64,000 nucleotides of DNA from Octopus sinensis (Eukaryota), in NCBI RefSeq assembly GCF_006345805.1, contig NC_043014.1, positions 2,976,001-3,040,000 on the forward strand. The letters are read 5' to 3'. The notes below the pieces were generated by a model. That model saw only the letters and a list, made by a program, of their open reading frames with translations, searched no databases and was not told the DNA's origin. The translations under genes and the position numbers were made by a program. Positions 1 to 11,066 of this stretch are shown in pieces (positions within the stretch are counted from its first letter, which is position 1; every line of letters starts with the position of its first letter).

Positions 1-164
1 AAGTCTTGGCAACAGGATGGCAACAGAAAGCTCAGTCCAGCTATTGAAAAAACCCTCCTCCACAAATGTAGCCCACTCCATGACATCATGGGAAAGTGGA
101 CAGTAAGACAATGATGATGATAATGACAATTTTTTCTTGGTGTCATGTTTGTCTGCGTATCCCT

Positions 165-380
165 GAATCTCATCCGCCTTGGCACTTAACCATGCGTCTT
201 GCATGAGGCGGAGTTTTGCCTGGACTGTGCTGCGAACGTTGTTGAAACCAGCCTTCTTTGCCGTGCAGGTGGTGTCATTTTGGTGGGCCCGCAGCAGACG
301 GCGTTTCTCTTCCAGGAGCTTTTGGATTTCCTGGTCGTTTTTGTCGAACCAGTCCTGGTGGTTCCTCGTAACTTGGCCTA
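165..380 (-). mobile_element. RTE (BovB-like) LINE ORF2 internal fragment
   Basis: Minus-strand translation reads GQVTRNHQDWFDKNDQEIQKLLEEKRRLLRAHQNDTTCTAKKAGFNNVRSTVQAKLRLMQDAWLSAKADEI, matching the HQDWFD..D.EI..LL motif between the endonuclease and RT domains of RTE-BovB ORF2 as I recall it. Confidence 0.8.
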
Positions 381-543
381 GAGTTTGAAGGGCGATGGAA
401 TGAACCGTGTCCCTGAATGATTCCCAATGATCATGATGGTGGTGATGATGATGGAGATGTTTCTACATCACAAAAGAAAAGAAATGAAAATGGTAAATAG
501 AATGAAAATAGAAAGAGCTTCAAGAAGCCTGAAGATTGCTTAC

Positions 544-701
544 TTAGCCATCGACATCTTTTGTGGATCATCCTCAAGGATCTCCTGCAGAAGGGCGTTG
601 GCCACTTTGAGCATCTCTTCCACTTGAAGTTTATCTTTCTGGTTCTGGGTCTGAAGATTCTTCGTGTTGATGTCCTTCATTATGTGAGATTTCTGGCTTT
701 C
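544..701 (-). CDS. HAUS5: HAUS5-like coding exon 10 (last in window; gene continues beyond the left edge)
   Basis: Acceptor tttttttag|GAAAGC, donor GCTAA|gtaagc. 158 nt, ESQKSHIMKDINTKNLQTQNQKDKLQVEEMLKVANALLQEILEDDPQKMSMA. Phase 0 start fits the previous exon. Confidence 0.8.
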
Positions 702-748
702 CTAAAAAAAAACAAAAATAAAAAAAACCTTACTGTTTTTATATATAA

Positions 749-1133
749 GGCGCAGGAGTGGCTGTGTGGTAAGTAGCTTGCTTCCCAACCGCATGGTTCC
801 GGGTTCAGTCCCACTGCATGGCACATTGGGCAAGTGTCTTCCACTATAGCCTCAGGCCGACCAATGCCTTGTGAGTGGATTTGGGAGGCAGAAACTGAAA
901 GAAGCCCATCACATAAATGTGTGTGTGTGTGTGAGTATTTGTCCCTCAACATTGCTTGACAACCAACGTTGGTGTGTTTACATCCCCGTAACTTAGCGGT
1001 TCAGCAAGAGAGACCGATAGAGTAAGTACTAGGCTTACAAAGAAAAAGTCCTGGGGTCGATTCGCTCGATGGAAGACGGTGCTCCAGCATGGCCGCAATC
1101 AAATGACTGAAACAAGTAAAAGAATAAAAGAAT
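749..1133 (+). mobile_element. tRNA-derived SINE, family A (octopus OR/OK-like)
   Basis: A box TGGCTGTGTGG, B box GGTTCAGTCCC, CTTGGGCAAGTGTCTT core, internal (TG)n and AAAAGAATAAAAGA tail. Further copies at about 1160-1450(-), 1505-2105(-, split by family C), 2350-2755(-), 4723-5135(+), 8857-9590(+, split), 26786-27195(+), 39770-40128(-), 47632-48028(+), 48940-49180(-), 51740-52180(+), 55575-55915(-), 57515-57915(+). Confidence 0.85.
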
Positions 1134-1639
1134 ATATTACATGAATATATATTGTCTTTTTTTTAATTGTTTCAGTTATTTGACTGCGGCCATGCTGGAG
1201 CACGGCCTTGAAGGGTTTTAGTCAAACAAGTCGACCCCAGGAGTTACTTTGCTTTAAGCCTAGTACTAATTCTATTAGTCTCTTTTGCAGAACCACTAAG
1301 TTACAGGACGTAAACACACCAACACCGGTTGTGAAGTAGTGATGGGAGACAAACACACACACATATATATATATATAAAGATATATATACGATGGGCTTC
1401 TTTCACTTTCCAACTACCAAATCTACTCACAAGGCTTTGGTCAGCCCAACCCTCGAAAGGGGCTTTTTACATGCCACCAGTACATGAGAATTAATATGAG
1501 TACCTTACTCTTTACTCTCTTTACTTGTTTCAGTCATTTGACTGCAGCCATGCTGGAGCACCGCCTTTAGTCGAGCAAATCGACCCCGGGACTTATTCTT
1601 TGTAAGCCCAGTACTTATTCTATCGGTCTCTTTTGCACC

Positions 1640-1935
1640 ATCCGAATCATGGCCAATGCCAGCGCCGCCTCAACTGGCTTCCGTGCCGGTGGCATGTAAA
1701 ATGCACCAATCCGATCGTGGCCGTTGCCAACCTCGCCTGGCACCTGTGTAGGTGGGACGTAAAAAGCACCCACTACACTCATGGAGTGGTTGGCGTTAGG
1801 AAGGGCATCCAGCTGTAGAAACACTGCCAGATCAGACTGGGCCTGGTGCAGCCTTCTGGCTTCCCAGATCCCCAGTCGAACCGTCCAACCCATGCTAGCA
1901 TGGAGAACGGACGTTAAACGATGATGATGATGATG
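1640..1935 (+). mobile_element. SINE family C (Meta-SINE-like core, (GAT)n tail), nested in a family A copy
   Basis: Core GAGTGGTTGGCGTTAGGAAGGGCATCCAGCTGTAGAAAC, 3' end CCATGCTAGCATGG..GGACGTTAAACGATGATGATG and about 60-bp internal tandem units. Further copies at about 5545-5790(-), 7490-7925(+), 11505-11790(+), 14100-14430(+), 14975-15120(-), 15900-16272(+), 20625-20880(-), 30080-30370(+), 32605-32930(+), 54865-55205(-), 58385-58645(-), 59545-60010(-). The superfamily name is tentative. Confidence 0.75.
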
Positions 1936-2856
1936 ATATATACGACAGTCTTCTTTCAGTTTCCGTCTACCAAATTCATTCACAAGGCTTTGGTCGGTAT
2001 GGGGCTATAGCAGAAGACACTTGCCCAAGATGCCATGCAGTGGGACTGAACCCGAAACCATGTGGTTGGTAGCAAGCTACTTACCACACAGCCACTCCTG
2101 CGCCTATGAATTCTTTGAATTATTTGGAAGGCTGGCTGGAAGTAACTAACCATTGGTGTTACTTAGGTAATCTAATTGATGGAGGAAAACGGAGTCCTGA
2201 ACGTAAAATCATCAGAGATGAGATGGAGATGGTTAAATCCTTTCAGCGTTCAGATTTATTCTGAACATAATGCTTTTTCGTTCGCATTCTTCTGAATTCC
2301 TCAGGTGTTATCTTGTAGCTTTGAGATTTCAAAGGTATACTCTCTCTCTCTCTTTTACACTTTTACTTGTTTCAGCCATTTGACTGCGGCCATGCTGGAG
2401 CACCGCCTTTAATCGAGCAACTCGATCTCGGGACTTATTCTTTTGTAAGCCCAGTACTTATTCTATCGATCTCTTTTGCTGAACTGCTAAGTGACGGGGA
2501 CATAAACACACCAGCATCGGTTGTCAAGCGATGTTGGGGGGACAAACACAGACACACAAACATATACACACACATACATATATATATATGACGGGCTTCT
2601 TTCAGTTTCCGTCTACCAAATCCACTCACAAGGCTTTGGTCGGTCCGAGGCTATAGTAGAAGGCACTTGCCCAAGGTGCCATGCAGTGGGACTGAACCCA
2701 GGACTATGTGGTTGGTAAGCAAGCTACTTACCACACAGCCACTCCTACACCTATGATTGTTTAATTTTAGAATGACTTTGTAGGGTAGGTGGAAGAAGCC
2801 AGATCCGGCCTGTCTAAGCATATTTGGGCCAGATATGGCTAGTTCAAATGCTAAAG

Positions 2857-3057
2857 CAGTGCTTTTCAAACTTTTTGCTGGAGCGGAACCCCAAGGAAAC
2901 ATTCCACTGGCTCGAGGAACCCCTGTGCAATAATTTAATAGTTTTATGCACACATATCTGCACAGGAGAATTAAAAATTACTGCCGATTTTAGCAGTTTT
3001 GTAACTTCTTGCGGAACCCCTGGACTGTACTGGCGGAACCCTGGTTGAAAACCTCTG
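2857..3057. mobile_element. hAT-type MITE with perfect 8-bp TSD
   Basis: Ends CAGTGCTTTTCAAAC...GTTGAAAACCTCTG, flanked by TGCTAAAG at 2849-2856 and 3058-3065. Same family as 15427-15646. Confidence 0.9.
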
Positions 3058-3102
3058 TGCTAAAGGGTTATGGGTAAAAATAAGAGGTAAAAAATACAAA
3101 AG

Positions 3103-3286
3103 GGAAAGCAATGGGAACCAAGTAAACTTTGTAAGGTTTACTGGTCTTGGGCCCCTGTTTCAGCAATGGGAACCAAGTAAACTTTATAAGGTTTACTAGT
3201 CTTGGGCCCCTGTTTCAGATTGTGTGCTTATATTAGGCCCAAGATCAGTAAACCTTATAAAGTTTACTTGGTCCCCATTGCTTTCC
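3103..3286. repeat. Fold-back element with a duplicated left arm
   Basis: GGAAAGCAATGGGAACCAAGTAAACTTT..GGTTTACT..TCTTGGGCC occurs twice in tandem, followed by its reverse complement GGCCCAAGATCAGTAAACCTTATAAAGTTTACTTGGTCCCCATTGCTTTCC. Confidence 0.8.
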
Positions 3287-3349
3287 TTTAAATCACCTCC
3301 TACAACAACCACACACTTTACTAAGGAGATTATTTTCTGAAGAACTTAC

Positions 3350-3428
3350 CAATATCTGTTGATCGACATTCTGCTGGAGAATTTGGTTTGGAGTGGAACC
3401 GTTTGATGTCTGGTCTTCATATTTTTTC
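3350..3428 (-). CDS. HAUS5: HAUS5-like coding exon 9
   Basis: ttttgcag|GAAAAA ... ATATTG|gtaagt. 79 nt (1+78), KKYEDQTSNGSTPNQILQQNVDQQIL. Phases fit both neighbours. Confidence 0.85.
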
Positions 3429-3968
3429 CTGCAAAACAACATAAAATTACATAATGGTTTCAGGTTTTTGGCACGAGGCCAACAATTTCAGGAAAGGGGC
3501 TAAAGTCGGTTACATCAACCCCAGTGCACAACTGATACACATTTTATTGACCCCTGAAAGGATGAAAGACAAAGCTGACCTCGGTGGAATTTGAACCTAG
3601 TACGGAGAGACAACTGAAATGCTATGAAACATTTTGCCCAGCATGCTAACGATTCTGCCAGCCAAAATTATATAAGAATAATAATAATAATTCTTTCTAA
3701 TATAGGCACACAGTCTGAAATTTCATAGGGAGGGGCACCTGACTACATAAACCTCAACGCTCGCCTGGTGCTTAGTTTATCGACTTCAAAAGAATGAAAA
3801 GCAAAGTCAACCTCGGCGGAATTTGAACTCACAACGTAACAGCAAAGGAAATACCACTAAGCATTTCGCCCGATGTCCTAACGTTTCTGCCAGCTCGCCG
3901 CGCAAACTACCAGAAAGTATTTCATCTAGCATGCTAACAATTCTGCCAGTTCACTATACTACTACTAC

Positions 3969-4001
<33 letters not shown>

Positions 4002-4031
4002 TAATAACAACAATAATAATAATAATCCTAC

Positions 4032-4214
4032 TTTAATTTTGAAAGTTCTGCTTCAAAATTTAATTCTGTGGTTTTCTGGCCCAAACTGCAACTCGCTTCA
4101 TTTGTCATATTTATCAGAGTTTCCATAATGCTGCTTGCAGGGAACTTCCCCATGGTTGATTCCACCGTTTCCTGCCAGTTCCTCTGTAATATCTCCTCAT
4201 CATCTTGGTTCCGA
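4032..4214 (-). CDS. HAUS5: HAUS5-like coding exon 8
   Basis: ttgtctcag|TCGGAA ... ATTAAA|gtagga. 183 nt, RNQDDEEILQRNWQETVESTMGKFPASSIMETLINMTNEAS..., resembling human HAUS5 [27 protein letters not shown] as recalled. Confidence 0.85.
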
Positions 4215-4889
4215 CTGAGACAACAAATGCGAAAGTGAAAAAAGAAAAAAAGAATTTAAAAAAAAACAATGAAAGAAAAAACAAAAAAGAAAAAGCAAAA
4301 AGAAATATTTCACAAAGTTTAATTATTGGTTGAGTGGATAAAGAGCTGGGTGGGCAACATACTCAGCGATTGTGGGTTCAAGTCTACTTGATGTCACTCA
4401 AGTTTCTTTTTCCAAAGAAAAATTTATTGACATTTGGGGGTTGATGGTAGTCTCCTGGAGTCTGAAAAAAATGGTTCGGCAATTTCTTTCTGGTCAACCA
4501 CACAAATGATTTGTTTATAGTGATTGAATGAATGAGCTGTACAATAGGTAATTCCCTCCTGAACAGGTGAACGTCAGGTGTCAAAGTGATTGCAGAGCAA
4601 CGTGAGGTGAAGTGTCTTGCTCAAGAATGCAAAGCGCCACCTAGTCTAGGAACTGAAACCACGATCTCGTGATTTTGAGTGCAACACGGAAACCACAAAG
4701 TGGAAACCCAATGGAAAGTCCGCAGGAGTGGCTGTGTGGTATGTAGCTTGCTAACCAACCACATGGTTCCGGGTTCAGTCCCACTGCGTGACATCTTGGG
4801 CAAGTGTCTTCTGCTATAGCCTCAGGCTGACCAATGCCTTGTGAGTGGATTTGGTAGACGGAAACTGAAAGAAGCCCGTCGTATATATG

Positions 4890-4920
<31 letters not shown>

Positions 4921-5840
4921 TTGTGTGTCTGTGTTTGTCCCCCTAGCATTGCTTGACAACCGATGCTGGTGTGTTTACGTCCCCGTCACTTAGCGGTTCG
5001 GCAAAAGAGACCGATAGAATAAGTACTGGGCTTACAAAAGAATAAGTCCCGGGGTCGATTAGCTCGGCTAAAGGCGGTGCTCCAGCATGGCCGCAGTCAA
5101 ATGACTGAAACATGTAAAAGAGTAAAAAGAGTAGGCCCATCATCATCATTTAATGTCCATCTTCCATGCATGGATGGCTAGGATGGTTGACAGGCGCCAG
5201 CCAGGTAGAAAAAAAACTACCCTAGACTACTATGTCTGGTTTGGCAGGTATTTTACGGCTGGATGCCCTTCCCAACACCAACCATGCAGAGTGGACCCAG
5301 TGCTGTTTACGTGGCACCAGCACAGGGGAGGTTAGTTTTGGCATGACTTTTACAGCTGGATGCCCTTCCTAATGCCAACCACTTTACAGTGTGGAATGGA
5401 TACTCTTTATGTGGCACCAACACTGACAGGGTCACCAAGTACCTTGCAAGATAAGGAATTATAAGAGGGGCAGGGCAGTTGAGAAGGGGAACTTGTGTCA
5501 TCTTTATAGTTAATTACTTGCAGCAAATAACAATGATGATATAATCAGCATCGTTTAACGTCCATTTTCCATGCTGGCATGGGTTAGATGGTTCAACTGA
5601 GGTCTGGAGAGCCAGCAGCTGCACCAGGCTCCAATCTGATCTGGTAATGTTTCTACAGCTTGATGCCCTTCCTAATGCCAACCACTCCAAGAGTGCTTTT
5701 TACGTGCCACCAGCATGGGAGCCAGTCAGGCAGACCTGGCATCAACCACGTTCGGATGGTGCTTTTTACGTGCCACCAGCACGGGAACCAGTCCCTTATA
5801 AACTCATCAAAACCCCTGCTAAAATTAATGAAATACTTAC

Positions 5841-5911
5841 AGAGCTTGGTTGTTCTGATGCATATCCAAGAGGTCTTTGTATATTTTCTCAATATTTTCA
5901 CGAACATTTTT
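5841..5911 (-). CDS. HAUS5: HAUS5-like coding exon 7
   Basis: ttttcccactcag|AAAAAT ... GCTCT|gtaagt. 71 nt, KNVRENIEKIYKDLLDMHQNNQA. Confidence 0.85.
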
Positions 5912-6469
5912 CTGAGTGGGAAAAAAAAAGGGGGGAAGAAATTATATTAATATGAGTTTATAAGGGAACATCTTACAAAAATTATGAGTATCAGAGAAGC
6001 GTGTGTATGTATTGAGAGCTGAGAATGTGTGAGTGGGGGGGGGGTATGTGAAATGAGGTATGTGTTATAGAGAGTTGGTGTGTGTGTGTGTGTGTGTGAG
6101 ACAGTAAAAAAGAATGCATATGCATGAGAGAGGGAGTATACAAATGAGTGTGTGTGACTATAATGGATGGGTAGGTGAGTTGGTGGGGGTAATTACACTG
6201 GCATGGTTCATATGAAGTCAGTAGCTGACCACTGAAGTCCAAGATAAAAGACTTCCACATGCTGGTAGAGGCATGTATGTTTCAGGGACAGAAAAAAACT
6301 AAGGAAGTGGTACGGTTAGATCTCAGGATGTTGGGACTCACAGATGGGACTGTTTATTCCTTCTCGAGCCATGCCTGGCTCATAAGGGCTGGTTTCCCAG
6401 TTTCCTTGCCGTATAGGTTCCCCACCTGGACGGGGCCGCCAGTCCATCGCAGGTGAGCTGCAAGATGCA

Positions 6470-6655
6470 GGAGGAAAGAGTAAGAGAAAGTTGTGGCGAA
6501 AGAGTCAGCAGAAGTTCGCCATTACCGTCTGCCGGAGCAGCGTGGAGCTTAGGTATTTCGCTCACAAACACACACATCACCCGGTCTGAGATTCGAACCC
6601 GCGATCCCTCGACCGCGTATCCACTGCTCTAACCACTAGGCCATGTGCCTCCACA
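6470..6655 (-). mobile_element. tRNA-derived SINE, further family
   Basis: Minus strand reads GTGGAGGCACATGGCCTAGTGGTTAGAGC (A box) ... GGGTTCGAATC (B box), followed by a non-tRNA body. No complete cloverleaf. Confidence 0.7.
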
Positions 6656-7019
6656 CACAGATGGGATGGCACAGGATGAAACCCAAGTGATAATTTAGCT
6701 TTGATCCTATGTTCCATCCAGCATCCATATCATCATCATCATTTAACATCTGTTTCCATGTGGCATGGGTTGGATGGTTTGACAGGAGCTGGTCAGCAAG
6801 GGGGGCTGCACCAGGCCCCAACTGTCAGCTTTGGTAGGGTTTCTATGGCCAGATGCCCTTCCTAACACCAATCAGTTTATAGAGTGTACTGCGTGCTTTT
6901 TACGTAGTGCCAGCACAGTTGCTAAAAATTCCTATTATTTAAAGCTCCATGTGGTCAAGAGTGAATAAGGTGTAGATTGGAGGGGAGGGGCATTTGCAAT
7001 GGATGATTTGTACAGGAGT

Positions 7020-7210
7020 GATTACTTCTGCCTTAGCGAAGGCAGAGGTATTGTTTTTAGTCATGTTTGTTTGTCCGTGGACAAGATATCTCAAGAACCG
7101 TTGGATGGATTCAGATGAAACTTTCAGGGATGTTTGGCCTCATGACTGGCATGAACTGATTAGATTTTGGGATAGATCCGGTACTAGATAAGGATTCTGG
7201 ATTATTTGTT
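7020..7210 (+). mobile_element. Possible non-autonomous Helitron/HINE-like repeat
   Basis: ACTTCTGCCTTAGCGAAGGCAGAGGT hairpin, then GTTTGTTTGTCCGTGGACAAGATATCTCAAGAACC..GGATGGATTCAGATGAAACTT, resembling DINE-1-like cores. Recognised by recall only. Confidence 0.4.
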
Positions 7211-8002
7211 ATATTTACTTTACATGAAGTATTAGGATCTTATGTTGACTTTCAAGTCTTTCTCTGATTATCTCCCTTGAAAGCACGCTCATAGTTTCCA
7301 CATAAGCTATGGTGGCGTTGCTGTTTCCAAAGTTTTGCTTTCATTTCTCTATTATCAATTCTACTCACAACTCTCAAACTACATAAACAAACGGTAGCAA
7401 AACCGTTCAGAAATTAAATAATACTAATATATTCAGTAACAATAATAAATTTAATTTATCCTCAACCATTTTTAGTTTTACCAATTTTGAATCAAAATCA
7501 AAATCAAAATCGTAATCTATCAACATCAATGGAATTTGTAGCTGTGATACCAGTGCTGGTGGCACGTAAGAGAACCATCCGAACATGGCCATAGCCAGCG
7601 CCGCCCGACTGGCCTCCGTGCCGGTGGCACGTAAAAAGCACCATCCGACCGTGGCTGTTGCCAGCTTCATCTGGTCCCCATGCCGGTGGCACGTAAAAAG
7701 CACCATCCGATCATGGCTGTTTGCCAGCCTCGTCTGGCACCTGTGCCGGTGGCACGTAAAAGGCACCCACAAAACTCATGGAGTGGTTGGCGTTAGGAAG
7801 GGCATCCAGCCGTAGAAACATTGCCAGATCAGACTGGGCCTGGTGCAGCCTTCTGGCGTCCCAGACCCCAGTTGAACCGTCTAACCCATGCCAGCATGGA
7901 AAGCGGACGTTAAATGATGATGATGAATATATCACTCCTGTTTAAAACCTCTTACCTAGTTGACAATTGCATTTCTAGCTCTGCTTTGAAGGAAGCTTTA
8001 CT

Positions 8003-8165
8003 TCTTGGACTCATGTTTTTGTACGCAATGATGTTATTAAACCTCCGTTAACAGCACCGTATGCAGGTCCTTTCCGTCTTCTTTCACGCATGGATAAATT
8101 TTTCACTGTAGACCTTAATGGTCGTAAAGACACTATATCAGTGGATAAACTAAAAAAAGGGCTTC
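8003..8165 (+). mobile_element. Gypsy/Ty3 integrase C-terminal (GPY/F) fragment
   Basis: Translation SWTHVFVRNDVIKPPLTAPYAGPFRLLSRMDKFFTVDLNGRKDTISVDKLK, the GPY/F module of Gypsy integrases. Confidence 0.85.
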
Positions 8166-8463
8166 ATAGAAAAAACTGTCCCTGTTCCCACTGCAGACGA
8201 CACGCAGTCCAGCAATGGTAATTACAAACAAGGTCAGCACCTCCACCTTCACATTCCTTGATATATATAAATTGTGACGAAGGTTTGGTGGAAGATTTTA
8301 ATTCAAAACTTATGAAAACAAAGCATTTGTACTACAGAGCCAGAAGTGGTTTCAGCCGGGTTCGTAACAAAAGGGTTAATGCCAAACAGTGAGACTGAAC
8401 TTGTGGTTGCAGAGGGGCAAATTCTGCTCATTTAGGGCTGACCTGTAGCTAAACAACTCCTGT

Positions 8464-8612
8464 AAGAAGAAGGAGAAGAAGAAGAAGAAGGAGGAGGAGG
8501 AGGAGACGACGAAGAAGAAGAAGAAGGAAAAGAAGAAGAAAAAGAAGAAGGAGAAGAAGAAGAAAACGAAGAAGGAGGAGAAGGAGAAAAAGAAGAAGAA
8601 GAAGGAAAAGGA
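8464..8612. repeat. (GAA/GGA)n purine microsatellite
   Basis: About 150 bp of GAA/GGA triplets, starting about 12 nt inside the intron after the exon 6 donor. Confidence 0.95.
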
Positions 8613-8624
8613 GGGGTGATTTAC

Positions 8625-8682
8625 CTGGCAGGATGTTTCAGTTTTGTTGGAGGAGTTGACACAATAATAGAGCCTTGCCTCC
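8625..8682 (-). CDS. HAUS5: HAUS5-like coding exon 6
   Basis: tttcttcttcag|GGAGGC ... TGCCAG|gtaaat. 58 nt (1+57), EARLYYCVNSSNKTETSCQ. It exactly bridges the phase 2 end of exon 5 and the phase 0 start of exon 7. Confidence 0.85.
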
Positions 8683-9214
8683 CTGAAGAAGAAATAAAGA
8701 AAAACATTAAAATACATTAGAATTCACTAAATTTATCTTAGGGTGTGGCTGAAAGTTTACATCAGCAAGATACGGATTGGGAAGCAAACTTTTCTAAACA
8801 TTAGAAAATGGAACAAAACAAAAAAAAAGCAAGGAACAAAAATTAAATCAATAACAGGCGTAGGAATGGCTGTGTGGTAAGTAGCTTGCTTATCAACCAC
8901 ATGGTTCCGGGTTCAGTCCCACTGCGTGGCACCTCGGGCAAATGTCTTCTACTATAGACACAGGTTGACCAAAGCCTTGTGAGTGGATTTGGTAGACGGA
9001 AACTGAAAGAAGCCCGTCGTATATACTCTCTCATACACACACACACCCTTATGTTTGAGTAGGTCATTCAACCCTATTATCTCCCCTAATTTCGCTCTCG
9101 CGTCTCATGTTTGATCTTTGACCTCTGGCCGAAATCAGATCGCCATGTTGATTCGTTAGTTATTGCACGCATATTTTTTTCACTCCTTCTTTCTGTGTTT
9201 TTTTTCTCTGTGAA

Positions 9215-9252
9215 TCTTTCTGTTGAAGAGCGTAGGCTCGAAACATTAAAGA
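9215..9252 (+). ncRNA. Hammerhead-like fold with variant core (CUGUUGA) in an about 290-bp repeat (9060-9350)
   Basis: TCTTT-CTGTTGA-A-GAGC(GTAG)GCTC-GAAAC-ATT-AAAGA: 5-bp stem I, 4-bp stem II and GAAAC are present. A6 is replaced by U and stem III is AACATT instead of palindromic AACGTT. Confidence 0.5.
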
Positions 9253-9623
9253 CCTGTTTTATTTATATTTCCTGAGCGCCATACTAATACAATTGTTTGT
9301 TTGTTTTCCACCTGCCTTCGTCTTTTGTCTATTTTCATAAAGCTTCCCGTTATATATATATATATGTGTGTGTGTGTTTGTATGTCTGTGTTTGTCCCCC
9401 CCAACATCACTTGACAACCGATGCTTGTCTGTTTACGTCCCCATAACTTAGCGGTTCGGCAAAAGCAACCGATAGAGTAAGTACTAGGCTTACAAAGAAT
9501 AAGTCCTGGGGGGTCGATTTCCTCGACTAAATGCGGTGCTCCAGCATGGCCACAGTCAAATGACTGAAACAAGTAAAAGAGTAACAGAAGGAAATATGCA
9601 AAACAAGAAAAATTGGTACTTAC

Positions 9624-9786
9624 TTGTCAGAGACATTTTGAGAATCGGCCAACTTCTCTGAAATCTGTTGCTGCAAACAGTTGAATACCGACATCTGTTT
9701 CTTGGACTGAGCAGAAAATTGGGACAAGAGGACCGACTTCTTTTTCAGATTGAACAATTCGGTATAGGCATCAGACAGGGTTGCAT
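9624..9786 (-). CDS. HAUS5: HAUS5-like coding exon 5
   Basis: aatttgccag|ATGCAA ... GACAA|gtaagt. 163 nt, DATLSDAYTELFNLKKKSVLLSQFSAQSKKQMSVFNCLQQQISEKLADSQNVSDK. Confidence 0.85.
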
Positions 9787-9829
9787 CTGGCAAATTAGAT
9801 AATAATAATAATAATAATGATAATAATAA

Positions 9830-10060
9830 AAACTGGTGGGAACACAAACCACCTCCAGCGCTTGAAAATGGTCACATCTCACTCCTCTGGAACTTCACCA
9901 TTCAAACTGACAGAAAGATAGACACAAATAGACCAGACATCATATCGAATGACTTCAGATAAAGAACATGCCTCCTCATTGATATGACTGCCCCAATCGA
10001 TATAAATGAATCTGTCAAGACCTACCGAAAACTGAGCAAGTATAAAGATCTTGAAATATA
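9830..10060 (+). mobile_element. R4/Dong-like LINE fragment (restriction-like endonuclease region)
   Basis: Translation WWEHKPPPALENGHISLLWNFTIQTDRKIDTNRPDII...CLLIDMTAPIDINESVKTYRKLSKYKDLEI, with the RPD...D...K..KY RLE motif. Begins directly after (AAT)n. Confidence 0.8.
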
Positions 10061-10302
10061 TGTAGGTAGGTACAAGGCATGAAATTATGGAGAGGATGCT
10101 AGTTGATTATGCCGAGCCCCGTGCTCAAATGGTCCTTAATTTTACTGACCCTAAAAGGATAAAATTGACCTCAGCAAAATTTGAACAAGAATAATAATTC
10201 TTAGTACAACAGGCACAAAACCAGAAATCTGGTAAGAGACTCGAAATATGCACCAATGCAGAGATCAGAAACGGTCTTAGTGACAAGAACACCAGCATCT
10301 CC

Positions 10303-10680
10303 GCTTGAGAGGCGGTTGGATGGAACCTACACTCGCCTCCGTATAAGAGCTTAAAATCTCTCGTGGAAGCGCCATCCAACCAAAATGCAAATATATGGGA
10401 AACTACCACCTGTGTCATCTCTTGTGAAAGGTAGGAGGGTCCAGTTTGTTGAACATTGTTGTAGAGCTGAAAATGAGGTAATTTCTACTCTTCTTCTCTG
10501 GAAGCCATCTACTCGCGATACCAGAGGGCGCACACTCTCCTACCCTGATGTAATCTCCAGGGATACAGGCATCCAGCAACAGGACCTCCGTAATGCTATG
10601 ATGGACCGTGAAGTCTGGCGTAGCATGGTAAATTCCATTGTCTCGACCATGGTCGAACAATGATGATGATGATGATGAGC
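10303..10680 (+). mobile_element. RTE/RTEX-clade LINE 3' fragment with (TGA)n tail
   Basis: ORF QIYGKLPPVSSLVKGRRVQFVEHCCRAENEVISTLLLWKP...DREVWRSMVNSIVSTMVEQ*, then (TGA)n. Near-identical to 48268-48735. Confidence 0.85.
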
Positions 10681-10929
10681 ATCTCTCTCTCTCTCTTATT
10701 TCTCTCTCTTTCTCCCTTATTTCTCTCTCTCTCTCTCTTATTTCTCTCACTCTCTCAAAATATAATGCCATTCTAAAAGTAAACATTCACATCATCATCA
10801 AAATCTAAAAGGTATTATGCAATCCATAATTAATTCAAAACAAAGTGAATCAATAATCTCTGCATTTGACAGAGAAATCTGAATGCTAAAAGGTTAACGA
10901 ATCTTAACGAGCGCAACATTTCTTCTCAC

Positions 10930-11066
10930 CTGACTCAAAGAGTTCTTCTTCCAACTGCTTCCCGTCCATCTCCAAATATCTAATCTCCTGTTTCAGTTTT
11001 TCAATCTTTTTCTTCTTCATCTCATTCTCTTCATTAAGGGTAATGAGCTGCTGCTCCTCTTCACAC
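10930..11066 (-). CDS. HAUS5: HAUS5-like coding exon 4
   Basis: ccaaag|GTGTGA ... GTCAG|gtgaga. 137 nt, coiled-coil CEEEQQLITLNEENEMKKKKIEKLKQEIRYLEMDGKQLEEELFES. Confidence 0.8.

Noticed and set aside
6560-6655. Possible tRNA gene
   Set aside because: A and B boxes are present but there is no closing acceptor stem, and it continues into a SINE body. The same applies to all SINE heads here.
7369-7378. 10-nt microexon candidate (tatgtag|TTTGAGAGTT|gtgagt) phase-compatible with HAUS5
   Set aside because: The 58-nt exon at 8625-8682 fills the same gap with better splice signals and the expected length. The two could not both be included in frame, and there is no other support.
8376-8460. ORF continuation ELFSYRSALNEQNLPLCNHK as a HAUS5 exon
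   Set aside because: Its phase is incompatible with the neighbouring exons, it has no good donor, and it resembles a dispersed repeat also seen near 18620.
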